A DNA stretch of 61,963 nt, counting the filler, from Hausera hauseri (taxonomy: Eukaryota), in the NCBI GenBank assembly GCA_046269625.1. It is 11 parts of 11 records of this genome, joined end to end, with 100 filler letters (N's around TTAATTAATTAA, not from the genome) between each part and the next. Parts side by side here need not be neighbours in the genome. Positions count along the whole stretch, not along the records: positions 21,700 to 26,726 come from JBJURY010357043.1; positions 26,827 to 30,865 come from JBJURY010802089.1; positions 30,966 to 35,946 come from JBJURY010372036.1; positions 36,047 to 40,798 come from JBJURY010449690.1; 7 more parts are not named here. One strand, given 5' to 3'. Made by a program: the position numbers and the translations under genes. Shown here in pieces: positions 23,400 through 36,816 of this stretch (position 1 is its first letter; each line of letters starts with the position of its first letter). The notes under the pieces are model-generated. The model was given only the letters and a program-made list of their open reading frames with translations, did no database searches and had not been told where the DNA came from.

Positions 23400-25480
23400 A
23401 AAGGCTTTGGTGACATTTCTTCGACGTCGGTGGCGGTAGACGTGGTTGGCGGAAAAGATAAAATATACGTGCAGTTAAGAACGAAGAGGAGATTATCGGG
23501 GTAGACATCGAGTGGGTCGTCTGTAAATTTTGAGTATGATTATACTGGTCCATAATTTCGTGAGTGTTTATGCCAGATGTCGGTAGTACGTTTAAGTTTA
23601 ATAAACATTTACAGAATAAGGAATCGTTGATCGGCTGTTCTATAGTTTCAGGTTCGTCATGTACTATGAAGGCTGGTTTTATATTAGTTAAATGAGCCGA
23701 AATTATTTCATTATTTATCAGTATTTTGACGGTATGTGTCATTCTAAAACTCTATATGGGCCGGTGTAAGTTGGCTGTAAACCCATCTTTCTTTGATTTT
23801 TTAGAAAAACAAATTTCGCTGTAAATCAATTCTGTGGGACAAGCTCTTTATGATTGTTTGTTGTACGGCAAAATTTATCTTCGTCCAATGATTCAAAATG
23901 TTTTCTTCCCGCTTCTGTCACGCTACGTTGTCATTTCAAGTAAACCTGAAAGAAGGCAGAGTGATGTACCGAATAAAGCTTGAGCTGGAGTATGATTAGT
24001 CAATGAACTTGGCGTATTTCTTCAACCGAGTAAAACATATGGGATGACGTCTAGCCACTGATCGTCATTGTTTGAGAGCAACTTTAACGAAGCTTTAAAG
24101 GTGCGATGGAATCGTTCCAAAGATCCGTTGACTTGAGGATGATATGGCGAAGTGTGAGTGTGCTCTATCCCCAGACGAGCAGCTAGTGCTTTAAAGAATG
24201 GAAATTCAAATTGGCGTCCTTGGTCGGAGATGAGATGTTTTGGTGTTCCTAAGCGGCTGACCCATGTGCGTATGAAGGCTTTAGCTAAGGTATCAGCTTC
24301 AATATTAGGAAGTGGTATGACTTCTGGTCATCTTGTTGACATGTCAAGCATGGTGAGCAAATAAGAAAATCCTCGGGTAGGTGATAGAGGGCCGACGAAG
24401 TCAATATGGACAGTGTCGAAACGTGACATCGTTGGGAAATGACATAAAGGTGGTTTAATGAGCCGAGAAGTTTTGAATTTTTGGCATGGAATGCAATGAG
24501 AAACCCAGTGTTTGACGTCTCGACACATGGCTCACCAGATTACTTTGGTATGGAGAAGACAATAAGTGTTTGAACTGCAGGGACGGTGAAGAATATGGAT
24601 GTGATCAAAGGCTTGTTTGCGTAAAGCCTCTGTCAATAGCTTATGGTTGGTTTGGAGTGTAAAAGAACGTCCTATAAGCATGTGTTAAAAATTTTTGATG
24701 GCAAGCAACTCTATCAAAAGTTCCAGTTTTAGAGAAACTCTAATAGCTCGTGATTTTCGTTCTTCAGCTGATATAGAATTGTGCCTGAAGCTATTGTAGA
24801 TGCGTCGGTGTACAAATACAATGGTGAGTCGTTTTTTGGATGGGCGAGGATTCTAAGGTCCTGTAACTGTGATTTTAGAGTGTTACAATCAGTCGTTAAG
24901 GAATCCATCCACAGCACTTTATGTCGTTTTGGGCCAAAAACTAAAGCAGAGAGATTCGCGGTGAAATGTGAACAGTTAACCATTCAAAGGAAGCTGCGCA
25001 GTTCTGTCACAGTCGATGGAAAAGCAATTTTGCGAATTGAATGTAATCGCTCAGGCAGTGGTGCGTGCCCTTGCACTGAAATGACATAGTCCAAGAATGT
25101 TACATCTTGAACAAAGAAATGAGATTTACTCCAATTCACTTGGAGATCATGGCCGTGAAGGCACTGAAGAATTGTACGCATGTGTTCCGGGTGTTGGTAT
25201 TCGTCTCCGGAGGCTATCAATATCTCGTCGGTATATGAGAATGCAAAAGGCAAGTCTGATATCAGAATCTATATGCCGGTGGAATGTTTGGGCAGCGTTG
25301 CGAAGTCCAAACGACATGTAGAGATACTCGAAGAGACCAAATTGCGTTGTTATAGCGGTCTTCTGAATATCTTCAGGAGCGACTGGAATCTGATGGTAAT
25401 CTTTGTGAAAGTCCACGGTGGAGAATATGTAGCTACCATCTAATCTACGGAAAATGTCAGAGATCATAGGGAGATGGTAA
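23400..25480 (-). mobile_element. Gypsy pol remnant (RT-RH-IN)
   Basis: YHQIPVAPEDIQKTAITTQFGLFEY..FGLRNAAQTF, YTDASTIASG and VHIDFVGPL. Same lineage as the element at 1560-6450. Confidence 0.9.
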
Positions 25481-25799
25481 CAAATAGACTGGCTCAAAAT
25501 TATTGGAAAAATGAAAGTTACGCTTTTACACATTAAAGCCCTGTATTTGAACTCTACATAGAAATAAACAGTTCAGGTGAGATTTGGTGCAATTCACAGT
25601 TTATTTAGAAGTTGCACAACAATCTAGAATGACGGTTTTCATAACTAGAGCCAAAATCTGTGATTCTGTGGTAAGTTTATCCGTAACTGTTATGTTATTC
25701 ATCATGCTTGATTTATAAAATGGTGTATTTAGATTACTTACTTATCTCTTTAATTTGTGCATATATAAATATTCTTTTGTGTTGTCTGCTGTTATTATT

Positions 25800-26480
25800 T
25801 TGAAGCGTGCATGAGAGCCACATCTCCTAATAAAGTTCTACTATTCAAACGTTTCAAAGACTTTTGGAAATTCATTAACACTAACTAGTACGAAAAGGGA
25901 ACTTCAATTAACACGTGCTGAACTTGAAAAGGATATAAAGGATGATACCATTAAGTTTGGAAAGAAGTACCTCGAAGAGTCTCGCAGTCAACTGAGAGGA
26001 GATTATAAGGAATTTGTAGAATTTGTCCTTATTTTTCTTGGAACCGCTCCTGAAAGAGATGTGAGATTTAAGTCACCTGGAGCCATGCACAATGCTCGCT
26101 GGATGTCTAAAGGTATTTATAGTTTAAAGATCTAGATGTTCAAATCTCAGTTTAAGCTTACACCCAAAGAAGAGAAAGGGTTAACCGATGTGTGTATTTT
26201 CATTGTTCGTGTACATATGAAAGATAGTATATCTGCACCCAAGGCTTCAAATGCTTCATACAATGATTTGTTACTTATGAAATCGTTGATCATGTATTCT
26301 ACTATTCATTCAAGTATCTCAAAGGCAACAGTAAAGAAACTTTCAAAGCATCTATGGTATCTAACCGAGTAACTAGTTTCTTTGGCTTTTTTCGACAGTC
26401 GTGTAAGTGTATCTACGACAAGATGTATGATAAGTGCCATGGAGAAACAAGCCAAACAAAGCTGCTTTAAGGAAAAGACG
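25800..26480 (+). mobile_element. DNA transposase remnant, probably hAT superfamily (hATm-like)
   Basis: LFKRFK, RGDYKEFVEFVLIFLG, PGAMHNARWMSKGIYSLK and HLWYLTE*LVSLAFFD, with in-frame stops. Confidence 0.65.
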
Positions 26481-26826
26481 GTTGACCTTCAATTATATAT
26501 ATATATATAAGTCAAGCACCATTTCAAAAAATATTTATTTGTTAAATATTTCGGAGTCATCAGGCTCTCAATCGAAAATATAAACTGCCTATGTGCAAAA
26601 ACAGCAAACCTCAAATGTATACAGAATGTCGACAAACTAAATTATTGCAAGAATTAGAATTTTTGAAACAAATTATATTTTCACATAAAATATATAGCAA
26701 ATAAATATTTTATGAAATGGTGTTCGNNNNNNNNNNNNNNNNNNNNNNNNNNNNNNNNNNNNNNNNNNNNTTAATTAATTAANNNNNNNNNNNNNNNNNN
26801 NNNNNNNNNNNNNNNNNNNNNNNNNN

Positions 26827-29800
26827 GTTCGTTCGTTCGTTCGTTCGTTCGTTCGTTCGTTCGTTGGTTCTTTCGTTCGTTCTTTCCTTCTTTCGCTCGT
26901 TCGATCGTTAGTTCCTTCGGTCCTTCGGACTTTCGTTTGTTTTTTCGTTCGTTCATTCGTTCGATCCTTCATTACTTCATTCGTTTCTTTGTTACTTAGT
27001 TGCTTCGTTCGTTCGTACGTTTCTGCATTCATTCGTTCGTTCGCTCGTTCGTTCGTTCGTTTGTTCGTTCGTCCGATCCTTCGTTCGTTCGTTCGTTCCT
27101 TCCGTCGTTCGTTCGTTCGTTCGTTCGTTCTTTCGTCCGTTCGTTCGTTCATTTCTTCGTTCGTTCGTTCGTCCGTTCTTTCGTTCGTTCGTTCATTCCA
27201 TCGTTTTTTCGTTCGTTCCTTCCTTCCTTCGTTCATTCGATTCTTCGTTCCTTCGTTCGTTCGTCCGTTCGTTCGTTCATTCCTTCGTTCATTCGTTCGT
27301 TTGTTCTTTCGTTCGTTCGTTCATTCCATCGTTCTTTCGTTCGTTCCTTCGTTCCTCCGTTCCTTTATTTCTTCGGTTCTTCGTTTCTTTATTCCTTCGT
27401 TCGTTTATTCGTTCGTTCGCTCGTCCGTTCGTGCGTCCTTTCATCCGTACGTTCGTTCGTTTTCCGTTCATTCGTTCGTTCGTTCGTTCGTTTGTTCGTT
27501 TGTTCGTTCATTTCATCGTTCTTTCGTTCGTTCTTTAGTTCGTTCATTCGCTCTTTCGTTCTTTGTTTCCTTCTTTCGTTCGTTCCTTCGTACGTTCGTT
27601 CCTTCTTTTCATCATTCGTCCGTTCATCCGTACGTTCGTTCGTTCGCTCCTTCCTTCCTTCCTTTGTTCGTTCATTCGTTCCTTTCTTCCTTCCTTCCGT
27701 ACTACTTTCCTTCGTTCCATCGTTCCTTCGATACTTCCTTCCTTTTCTCGTTCCTTTGTTCCATCGTTCGTTCCTTCGTTCCTTCGTTCCATCGTTCGTT
27801 CTTTGGTTCGATCGTTCGTTCGTTCTTTTATTCTTTCGTTCATTTGTTCGATCCTTCATGTTTTCGTTCGTTCGTTCATTCATTCCTTCGTTCCTTCGTT
27901 CGTTTATTCATTTATGCATTCGTTCTTTCGCTCGTTCATTCGTCCGTTCTTTCGGTTGTTCGATCCTTCCTTTTCTCGATCCTTCGTTCCCTCGTTCCTT
28001 CGTTCCTTCCTTCGTTCGTACGTTCGATCCTTCGTTCGTTCCTTTTTTCCTTCCTTCTTTCGTTCATTCTCTCGTCCGTTCGTTCGTTCGTTCGCTCTTT
28101 CGTTCGGTCGTTCCTTCTTTCGTTCGTTCCTTTGTACCTTCGTTCCTTCGTTCCTTCCTTCGTTCGTTCATTCGTTCCTTCCTTGGTTCCTTCCTTCGTT
28201 TGTTCATTCGTTCCTTCCTTCCTTCCTTCCGTTCAACTTTCCTTCGTTCCATCGTTCCTTCGATCCATCCTTCGTTTTCTCGTTCCTTCGTTCCCCCGTT
28301 TGTACCTTCCTACGTTCGTTCATTCGTTCCTTCCTTGGTTCCTTCCTTCGTTCGTTCATTCGTTCCTTCCTTCCTTCCTTCCTTCCATCCTACTTTCCTG
28401 CGTTCCATCGTTCCTTCGTTCCTTCCTTTGTTTTCACGTTCCTTCGTTCCCCCGTTTGTTCGTTCCTTCGTTCGTTCCTTCGTTCCTTCCTTCGTTCCTT
28501 CGTTCGTTCTTTCGTTCGTTCCTTTGTTCGTTTGTTCATTCGATCTTTCGTTCGCTCGTTGCTTCTTTACATCTTTCTTTCGTTCGCTCGTTCATTCGCT
28601 CGTTCCTTCGTTCCTTCCTTCGTTCGTTTATTCATTCCTTCTTTCATTCCTTCCGTCCTACTTTCCTTCGTTCCATCGGTCCCTCGTTCCTTCCTTCGTT
28701 TTCCCATTCCTTCGTTCCCTCGTTTGTTCGTTCGTTCCATCTTTCGTTCGTTCACTCGTTCGTTCCTTCGTTCCTTCATTCGTTCGTTCATTCGTTCCTT
28801 CCTTCCTTCCTTCCTACTTTCCTTCGTTCCATCGTTCCTTCAAACCTTCCTTCGTTTTCTCGTTCATTCATTCCCTCGTTTGTTCGTTCCTTCGTTCGTT
28901 CATTCGTTCTTTCTTTCGTTCATTCGTTTCTTCCTTCCTTCGTTCCTTCGTTCGTTCATTCATTTGTGCATTCCTTCGTTCGCTCGTTCGTTCGTCCGTT
29001 CGTTCATTCGTTCGTTCGTTCCTTCTTCTTTCGTTCCTACATACCGTCATACCTTCGTTCCATCGTTCCTTGGTTCCTTCCTTCACTCGTTCCTTCGTTC
29101 CATCGTTCGTTCATTCCCACCTCCGTTCTTTCGTTCGCTCGTNNNNNNNNNNNNNNNNNNNNNNNNNNNNNNNNNNNNNNNNNNNNNNNNNNNNNNNNNN
29201 NNNNNNNNNNNNNNNNNNNNNNNNNNNNNNNNNNNNNNNNNNNNNNNNNNNNNNNNNNNNNNNNNNNNNNNNNNNNNNNNNNNNNNNNNNNNNNTCGTTC
29301 CTTCGTTTTATCGTTCTTTTTTTCATTCTTTCTTTCTTTCGTTCGTTCGTTCTTTCGTTCTTTCGTTTGTTCGTTCTTTCGATCATTCGTTCCTTCCTTC
29401 CTTCGTTCCTTCGTTTATTCGTTCCTTCGTTCGTTCCTTTATTCGTGCATTTGTTCGTGCGCTCCTTCGTTCGTTCTTTCGTTCTGTCTCTGGTGCTTTC
29501 GTTCTTTCGTTCGTTCGGCCATTCTTTCGTTCGTTCGTTCCTTCGTTCCTTCCTTCGTTTCCTCGTTCCTTCATTCCCTCGTTTGTTCGTTCATTCGTTC
29601 ATTCGATCCTTCGTTTTTTCGATCCTTCATTCCGTCTTTCCTTCGTTTTATCGTTCTTTTGTTCCCTCCTTCCGTCCTTCGTTTTTTCGTTCCTTCTTTC
29701 CTCGTTACCTCGTTCCATCGTTCATTCCTTCATTCTTTCTTTTTTTCTTTCTTTCGTTCTTTCGTTCGATTGTTCGTTCTTTTGATCGTACGTTATTTCT

Positions 29801-30865
29801 TTCGTTCGTTCGTTCGTTTGTTCTTTCGTTCATTCTTTCTTTCTTTCCTACGTTCGTTCTCTCGTTCGGTCCTTCGATCGTTCGTTCTTTCGTTCCTTCG
29901 TTCTTTCGTTCGTTCTTTCGTTCTTTCTTTCGTCCGTTCATTCGCGCGTTCATTCGATCGTTCGTTTTTTCGTTTCTTCGTTTGTTCTTTCGTTTGCTCC
30001 ATGCTTCGTTCCTTCGTTCGTTCGTTCGTTTGTTTGTTCGTTCTTTCGTTCGTTCGTTCTTTCGTTCCTTCCTTCCTTCCTTCCTCCATACGTTCCATCG
30101 TTCCTTCGTTCCTTCCTTCGTTTTGTCGTTCCTTCACTCCCTCGTGTGTTCGTTCATTCGTTCGTTCGTGCGTTTGTTTGTTTGTCGTTCGATCTTTCGT
30201 TCGCTCGTTGCTTCGTTACATCTTTCTTTCGTACGTTCGTTCAATCTTTCGTACCTTCTTTCCTCCATTTTTTTGTTCATTTGTTCCTTCCTTCCTTCCT
30301 TCCGTCCTACTTTCCTGCGTTCCATCGTTCCTTCGATCCTTCCTTCGTTTTCTCGTTCCTTCTTTCCCTCGTTTGTTCGTTCCTTCGTTCCTCGTTCCTT
30401 CGTTCCTTCTTTCCTCCGTTAGTTCGATCTTTCGCTCCTGCGATCGTTCTTTCTTTCGTTACTTCGTTCGTTCTTTCATTCCTTCGTTCGTCCGTTCCTT
30501 CGTTCGTTCGTTCGTTCGTTCTTTCATTAGTTCTTTCGTTCCTTCTTCTTTCATTCTTTCATTCGTTCGTTCGTTCGTTCGTTCGTTCTTTCCTTTGTTC
30601 CTTCGATCATTCGTTCCTTCGTTCCTTCGTTCCTCGTTCCTTCGTTTATTCTTTCCTCCGTTAGTTTGATCTTTCGCTCCTGCAATGGTTCTTTCTTTCG
30701 TTAGTTCTTTCGTTCGTTCATTCCGTCGTTCCTTCGTTCCTTAGTTCGTTCGTTTGTTCGTTCTTTCCTAGGTTCGTTCGTTCGTTCTTTTGTTCGTTCG
30801 TTCGTTCGTTCGTTCGTTCGTTCGTTCGTTCGTTCGTTCGTTCGTTCGTTCGTTCGTTCGTTCGT
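26827..30865 (+). repeat. (TTCG)n/(TTCC)n tetranucleotide satellite with higher-order structure
   Basis: The whole contig. The 700-1200 aa ORFs here are artefacts of a stop-poor repeat. Confidence 0.97.
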
Positions 30866-30965
30866 NNNNNNNNNNNNNNNNNNNNNNNNNNNNNNNNNNN
30901 NNNNNNNNNTTAATTAATTAANNNNNNNNNNNNNNNNNNNNNNNNNNNNNNNNNNNNNNNNNNNN

Positions 30966-33900
30966 AATTACAATTACATAAAGACGAAATCAAAAATGGT
31001 GGAATACCCATTGATTGCCAAGGCAGTAGCAGAATTTGACGTAAAGATTGAACCAACTATTAAAAGTCAAACGTGGGAAGATGATATAGTAGTATTTTTA
31101 GACGAAAGTTTGGAAACCATTTATGAATTGAAAAGACGTTTATTTATCACCCAAGATAATTTCGAAGTGATCAAAGATTTGGTCAGTCAGTGGAAAGATA
31201 TGCCTCTGTATATAAGAAAAGATCGAAGGAATGATACAACATTAAATCTGGATGATAGAGAGAATTCGAAACATAATCGGTACAATCAAATTTCAGCAGC
31301 TGGTACGAAAATCCAGACATTAGTATATGTAAGTATTATATTTATTTCATTTTTGTATAACTGTAAATTTAAATTTTTCAATTCAGTCGAGACTCCAAAG
31401 ATACAGATGCTGTTGAATAAACAGTGGTGTGCATATAGGGTGATTTTTATTTCGCACTTGTACGGTATCTCTTAAATATTCATAGCATTTATTCACTTTA
31501 CCTCTTTCAAAAAGTTTTATACCGTGTGCTGTAGCTGTTCCATCAAACCACAAAATACTCCCTCAGTAGTCTCAGTAATGGTCTCAATGTAGTCGGAAAA
31601 TGGAAAGAACCTTATAAAAACTGTCGATATATTGTATACATGCCTGTTTGAATTGGAAATAAAGTGAATAAGTGCCATAAGTTTATGGGCGATACTGTAG
31701 AAGTACGTAGAAGATATGGGATATCTGACAACCCTGGGTACAGAACATTAGTGACAACATGGAAGAAATTTTCAAAATTTGAAAATATGCTAAACATTTT
31801 ACATCTGAAGTGGGAAATAAAGTTAACAAGTACCATGAGTTTTTGAATGATGCTGTACAAATGGGAAGAAAAATCAGTAAATTTGATAATTCCTAGATGA
31901 ACTCGAAATTGGTTTGAAAAAACGTCAAGTATGATAATATTGAATTGAATCATACTGATCCTGGAATTGATCCAGAGCGCGTTGATTGAAGACAAATCCA
32001 CATACAAACTGGCAATTTATACATTATTTTCCGCTCTATTAATATTCATAAATATTCAACCACTACTATATTACCAGTTGAACATTAGTAAAACTCTGAT
32101 TAAAAGGACGGAAGTTTTATTAAAAATTTTACGCATTTATGGGAAATTGAACAAGAGCCAAAAGTAATTATTTGTTAAGTAACTTGTTCAATAATCGACC
32201 GATGAGCTTAATTGAAGTTAAAACTCATGACACAGCTCTTGAGAAGCTTTAATGAACATTAAACTTTTATTTAAGGACAATTTTCAACTTTTCAAAGTTG
32301 ACGAAGATTCAAAAGGCGATTGGCTGAACTACATCGAGTTTGTGGAGGACAATATTATTGATGGACTCCTTGACACAATAAAGTGTAGTCTACAATACTT
32401 AGTCAAACAAACCGAAAGTGGAAAAGTCGATAATCATCTTTTACGCTCAAAATTGATGTTTGTGGGCAATTCGGCTTACTATACTCCATCAATGAAAGAA
32501 ACTCTTCTGGATTTGGTCGATGGTCTTATTCATTATATTATGAGTCAATCCCGACAAATTCCGAGAACTGCCGAACATCGGGGTGCCGGATCGTTTTAGT
32601 ACCACATCAACAACTGTGAAGTGATCGTTGCTTTCACTCATCACCTTGCAACTGCTGTTCGAAATGCCATGAAACAAGCGTAAGATTTTAAAACAGCATT
32701 TTCATACGAAATTTTCTGTATTCTGGATAGAAGATCGCAAAGAATTTATCCGACAATTTATTCGATACGGCAAAGTACTTACAAAAGAAGATTATGGCAT
32801 TAGCGGTGAAACAGAAGCCTCTGAAACGCCACCGACATTGGAACAGTTTAAGGATCAGATCATGAAGTACGACGTGACATATGAAGAAGTTGAAAAAATC
32901 GAAGACGTTAAAATCTTCGATTCGTGGCTTAAAATAGAAATAAAACCCTTTAAACATGCATTGTTGAACGTAATCAAATTGTGGGGTAATGAATTTAAGA
33001 GTTTTCTTTATGACCATGTTACAAACACTCTTGTCAATTTGGAATCGTTCATTAAAGAAAGTTCGGTCGAATTAGTATTTGACAAAGAAAACTTTGAATA
33101 CAAGGATTTAGTTAGAGTATTGGAAAGATTGAAAAAAGTTCGAGAAAATAAAGAAGCCATTGATTCTTGTTTTGGAGCGACTCGAGATACAGATGGATTA
33201 TTACGAGAATTTGGTGAGGAACTTCCAGAAGAGGTTTCCAAACTTCTCGAGACACTACCAGAACAATGGCAGGAATTGATGAACCAAACAGTGTTAATCA
33301 AACAAGGTCTTCAATTTTTGCAAGAAAGAGAAGTACTGAATATTCGTCAACGCTGTATAAAATTTGACGAGACTTCAAAGACTCTGAGGACCACATTTCA
33401 AAAATCAGAGGTGTTCTTCATATCTTACAAAAAACCATACGATGCATGGGATGAGTGGAACAAACAAATTACCGAAAGCGAACAAGGTGTTGAAGAGGTC
33501 CATAAAGCTGCGGCTATTTTGAAGTTCGAGACAGCCCTAATCACGTAGAACTGAATTCAACGAGGCGGGATATTTGAATTGTTAAACAAATATTGGATTA
33601 TATTTACTATTTCAACTATTTCGTCGTTGTATGGAAAAAATCGCAATGGAAAGATATTAACTTTGGAAATATCGACGAGGTTATCAGGGAAGTGACTCTT
33701 GATATTAGAACATTGGATAAAGACGTAAAAATGTGACCTATGCATCACTTTTGACGCTGTTTTGAAAGAAAACAACGCATCTGTCCAAGCCGTTCGAGAT
33801 CTCCAAGATCCGGTGGTTAAAGAGAGGCATTGGAAAGAATTAATGCAAGAAACTAGAAAAAACATTTTGGTCCCTGATGATACAACTTTGGCATAACCCC

Positions 33901-34436
33901 TATCATTGCAGCTACATAAATTCGAAGAAGTTAGAGGCGTCGTTTCCAAAGCCAACAATGAACAGAAAATCGAAAAAGACTTGGAAAAAATTCGCAATGT
34001 TTGGAAAAATCTGCAATTCGAATATGATAAAAATGATCGAACTGAAATTTTACTACCAAAAGCTACCGATGATTTAACACCCACTCTGGAAGAAACTCAA
34101 GTTAAAGTCTTGGACATGCTTGGTAACAGGGACAATGCATTTTTTATCGATCACATTAACTATTGGTATGACATACTTTGCAAAACTGATTCCGTTCTGA
34201 CGTCTTTCTTTGAAGTCCAACGAAGCTGGTCGGGTTTAGAATCCATATTCGTTCTGGCCGACGATATTCGAATTACGTGAAGATACTGAACGGTTCTTCA
34301 AAGTCGATGCCGAATTCAAAGAAATGGCAAAGAATTTGAAGACACCCCAAGAGTTATTGAATCATTCACCGGACGCGATACGCTAATGAAAGAAATAACT
34401 CCATTGCGAGATGAATTAACTTTATGTGAAAAGGCT
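30966..34436 (+). pseudogene. Axonemal outer-arm dynein heavy chain (DNAH9/11/17 beta-type) tail region; one intron, several stops and frameshifts
   Basis: PPTLEQFKDQI, DSWLKIEIKPFKHALLNVIKLW, VKERHWKELM, QRSWSGLESIF, LTLCEKA. Phase-0 GT-AG intron at 31329-32275 joins LVY to DNFQLF. Confidence 0.85.
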
Positions 34437-35399
34437 CGTTTTACTTATACATTTTTACTTCCGCTCTGCTCTCCTATTCCATTGAATTAACAACCACAGC
34501 CTTTTAAAAATTCTGTACATAAACCGTCTATGAACAATGGCCATAATACATGCAATAATGACTTTTCTGGGCAGAAATCAATCCCTTCAGATATTATTCC
34601 TCCAATATTTCAATCTCAAATATCTCAATTTGAAAACATTTATTCTATTAATTTTAATTGTACATTAAATACCGTTACTCCAAATCACTTTACTAATCAG
34701 AAAACAGTTACGGATGAAGATATGCGTGAAGATCTTATCAAAAATTTCAGCAACTGGCTTGACACATCCTCAATATAAAATAGCATTCGAGATACTTAAA
34801 AAGTTCAAATCTTGTCCAAATGAAGTCATTGTCAACCCTCCATTTTAAAATATCCAGTCTGTCCGTGACGCTTCTATGAGACCAACAAGATTACTTAACA
34901 ATAATCCTATGTACATCGCGCCTATTTCACAATATTTACCTCCCACTCAAACAGCAAATTCGTTGTTTAAATATCTGAAACGAAGCAATCCTCAATCTGT
35001 CAAAGCTGTTCAGGATGTAGTAGAATCAGCTCAGTTGACGCAAATACCTCAAGAATGATTGCCAGAGTCGTTATCAAATAAAAGTAATTATGATAGATAT
35101 TTACATATCGTTACATTATCATTTATAATGCGAAACGACGTTATTGATGATTTGGGTGAGGATTTGAGCGCGACCGCCCCCGCTGCGCCGCATCCCTCAT
35201 CCCTGTTTGTTTTTCTTAATAACAAATCTCTGCACTCCCAGTGCCACAAACCAAGAGACTTTACATCGTCTTCACAGACATTTGGCCCTCATGCTTCACA
35301 CTTCGGATTTTTATTTATTATATTACGGCTTAATATTTCATATCCATGATCAACTTTCTGCATTTTCCTTCAAAATCATCCACCTCACTCTTCATCTTC

Positions 35400-35946
35400 G
35401 TATCCGTGGTGAATCAGACCTTGACCTTTCTGCCGAATACTTAACCAAAACTAGATCTGGTCGTCATCCTGTCGACCCCATACCATCTACATCTCCAAAT
35501 TTCCCCTGCACGGATTTTTTTCTAGACAAGACGAATTCTAGTCGTACCTGGTTGCAGTTCCATTTGAAATGGCTTAAAGCCAATCATATAACAGACTCCT
35601 TTTTGCAGGCGAACAGTTTGCTGCTATTACTTCCAGCTATCATAAAGCAGCAAATCAACAATATTGCTGATATACTTACTTCTTCAAGTCCATATGATAT
35701 GCTGTATGAATTAGTTCTGCATATCACCGACTATTCCATTGTCAGCACAATTCAGAAATACTTTAATGAACACGCCATCGGAAATCAAAAACCACCGAAT
35801 TTCCTTAAAACTGCAATCTCGCAATTTAGCTCCTTGGGCGTCACTCCCATAAACAGTGCCGATCTTCTTCGTCGGTATTTTCTTTCGTCTTTGCCAACCT
35901 CTATCAAAGCGCTGCTCACTGTAGTAGATGACTCTAATGCATCATT
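35400..35946 (+). mobile_element. Gypsy gag fragment
   Basis: RTWL...DSFLQANSLLLLLP...ADLLRRYFLSSLP is homologous to the gag at 5447-6392. Confidence 0.8.
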
Positions 35947-36046
35947 NNNNNNNNNNNNNNNNNNNNNNNNNNNNNNNNNNNNNNNNNNNNTTAATTAATT
36001 AANNNNNNNNNNNNNNNNNNNNNNNNNNNNNNNNNNNNNNNNNNNN

Positions 36047-36183
36047 TTGGAATATCCCAAATTTACCATCTTATCAATGAGTTCGTTGTTATATAATTTA
36101 TACCACTCATATATCACTATTGGAGGCTGATCATTTAAGTTTGTCAACTGCAGTATCCATTTATTAAGATCAGCTAAACTCAT
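36047..36183 (-). CDS. Partial ORF with an IAP UBA-like segment
   Basis: EWYKLYNNELIDKMVNLGY resembles RWWQILDSELIARAAGEFGF in the ORF at 56598-56870. Confidence 0.4.
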
Positions 36184-36205
36184 TTTATCAGTATTATTAG
36201 CTTAT

Positions 36206-36658
36206 TCACACTTTAATGTCTACAAACTGGAAACCGGTTATTCGTCTTTCGATTCTGGTTCTGCAGACTGGACAATTTGGCGATTTATTTGAGCATTGCT
36301 TACAGGTTTTCAGATGACCACATGGAAGAAAAATAACTTGAACGACACTTGACAAACATATCACACAATCAAATGTATGGAGGTATAATTCCTGAAAGAT
36401 GTTTGTTTGTATATCTTGTCTTATGTTTAATCTCCTATCTTCTTCTGGAGGATGAAAGTTAAGAGTTTGGAGCAGATCGAATGCATTTAAGGGCCAATAT
36501 GGATTATTTACTACCTGATATTTAATGTATTGTAATATATTACATCGTTTCGTTGGATGTAATAATATTATAGTTAAGGGGACTTTCCAGATAAATGCCA
36601 TATTCATTATTAAATATACTCCTAATTTACTGTAATTTATGGTTCTACGAGTTAACAT
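36206..36658 (-). CDS. IAP-type C-terminal RING (C3HC4) E3 ligase-like protein
   Basis: CVICLSSVVQVIFLPCGHLKTCKQCSNKSPNCPVCRTRI. No convincing BIR domain. Confidence 0.8.
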   Translation of the reverse strand: MLTRRTINYSKLGVYLIMNMAFIWKVPLTIILLHPTKRCNILQYIKYQVVNNPYWPLNAFDLLQTLNFHPPEEDRRLNIRQDIQTNIFQELYLHTFDCVICLSSVVQVIFLPCGHLKTCKQCSNKSPNCPVCRTRIERRITGFQFVDIKV

Positions 36659-36816
36659 TATTGGAGGTTGTCAACAAATTTGAGGGAGCTGTTGATGAAA
36701 ATTCTGTATGATTTGATTATTTCCATATTATTTAGCAATGTCTTCGTCAAAACGCACTATGTTATACAAAAGTTTTGCGAATTTAAGGTTTGATTATATC
36801 CCTGTAAACCTCACTT

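Noticed and set aside
26989-30669. ORFs of 740-1226 aa
   Set aside because: They are translations of a stop-poor tetranucleotide repeat and run through an N gap.
34530-35058. Possible BED-finger/hAT fragment (ASMRPTRL)
   Set aside because: Too short, and the Cys/His ligands are missing.
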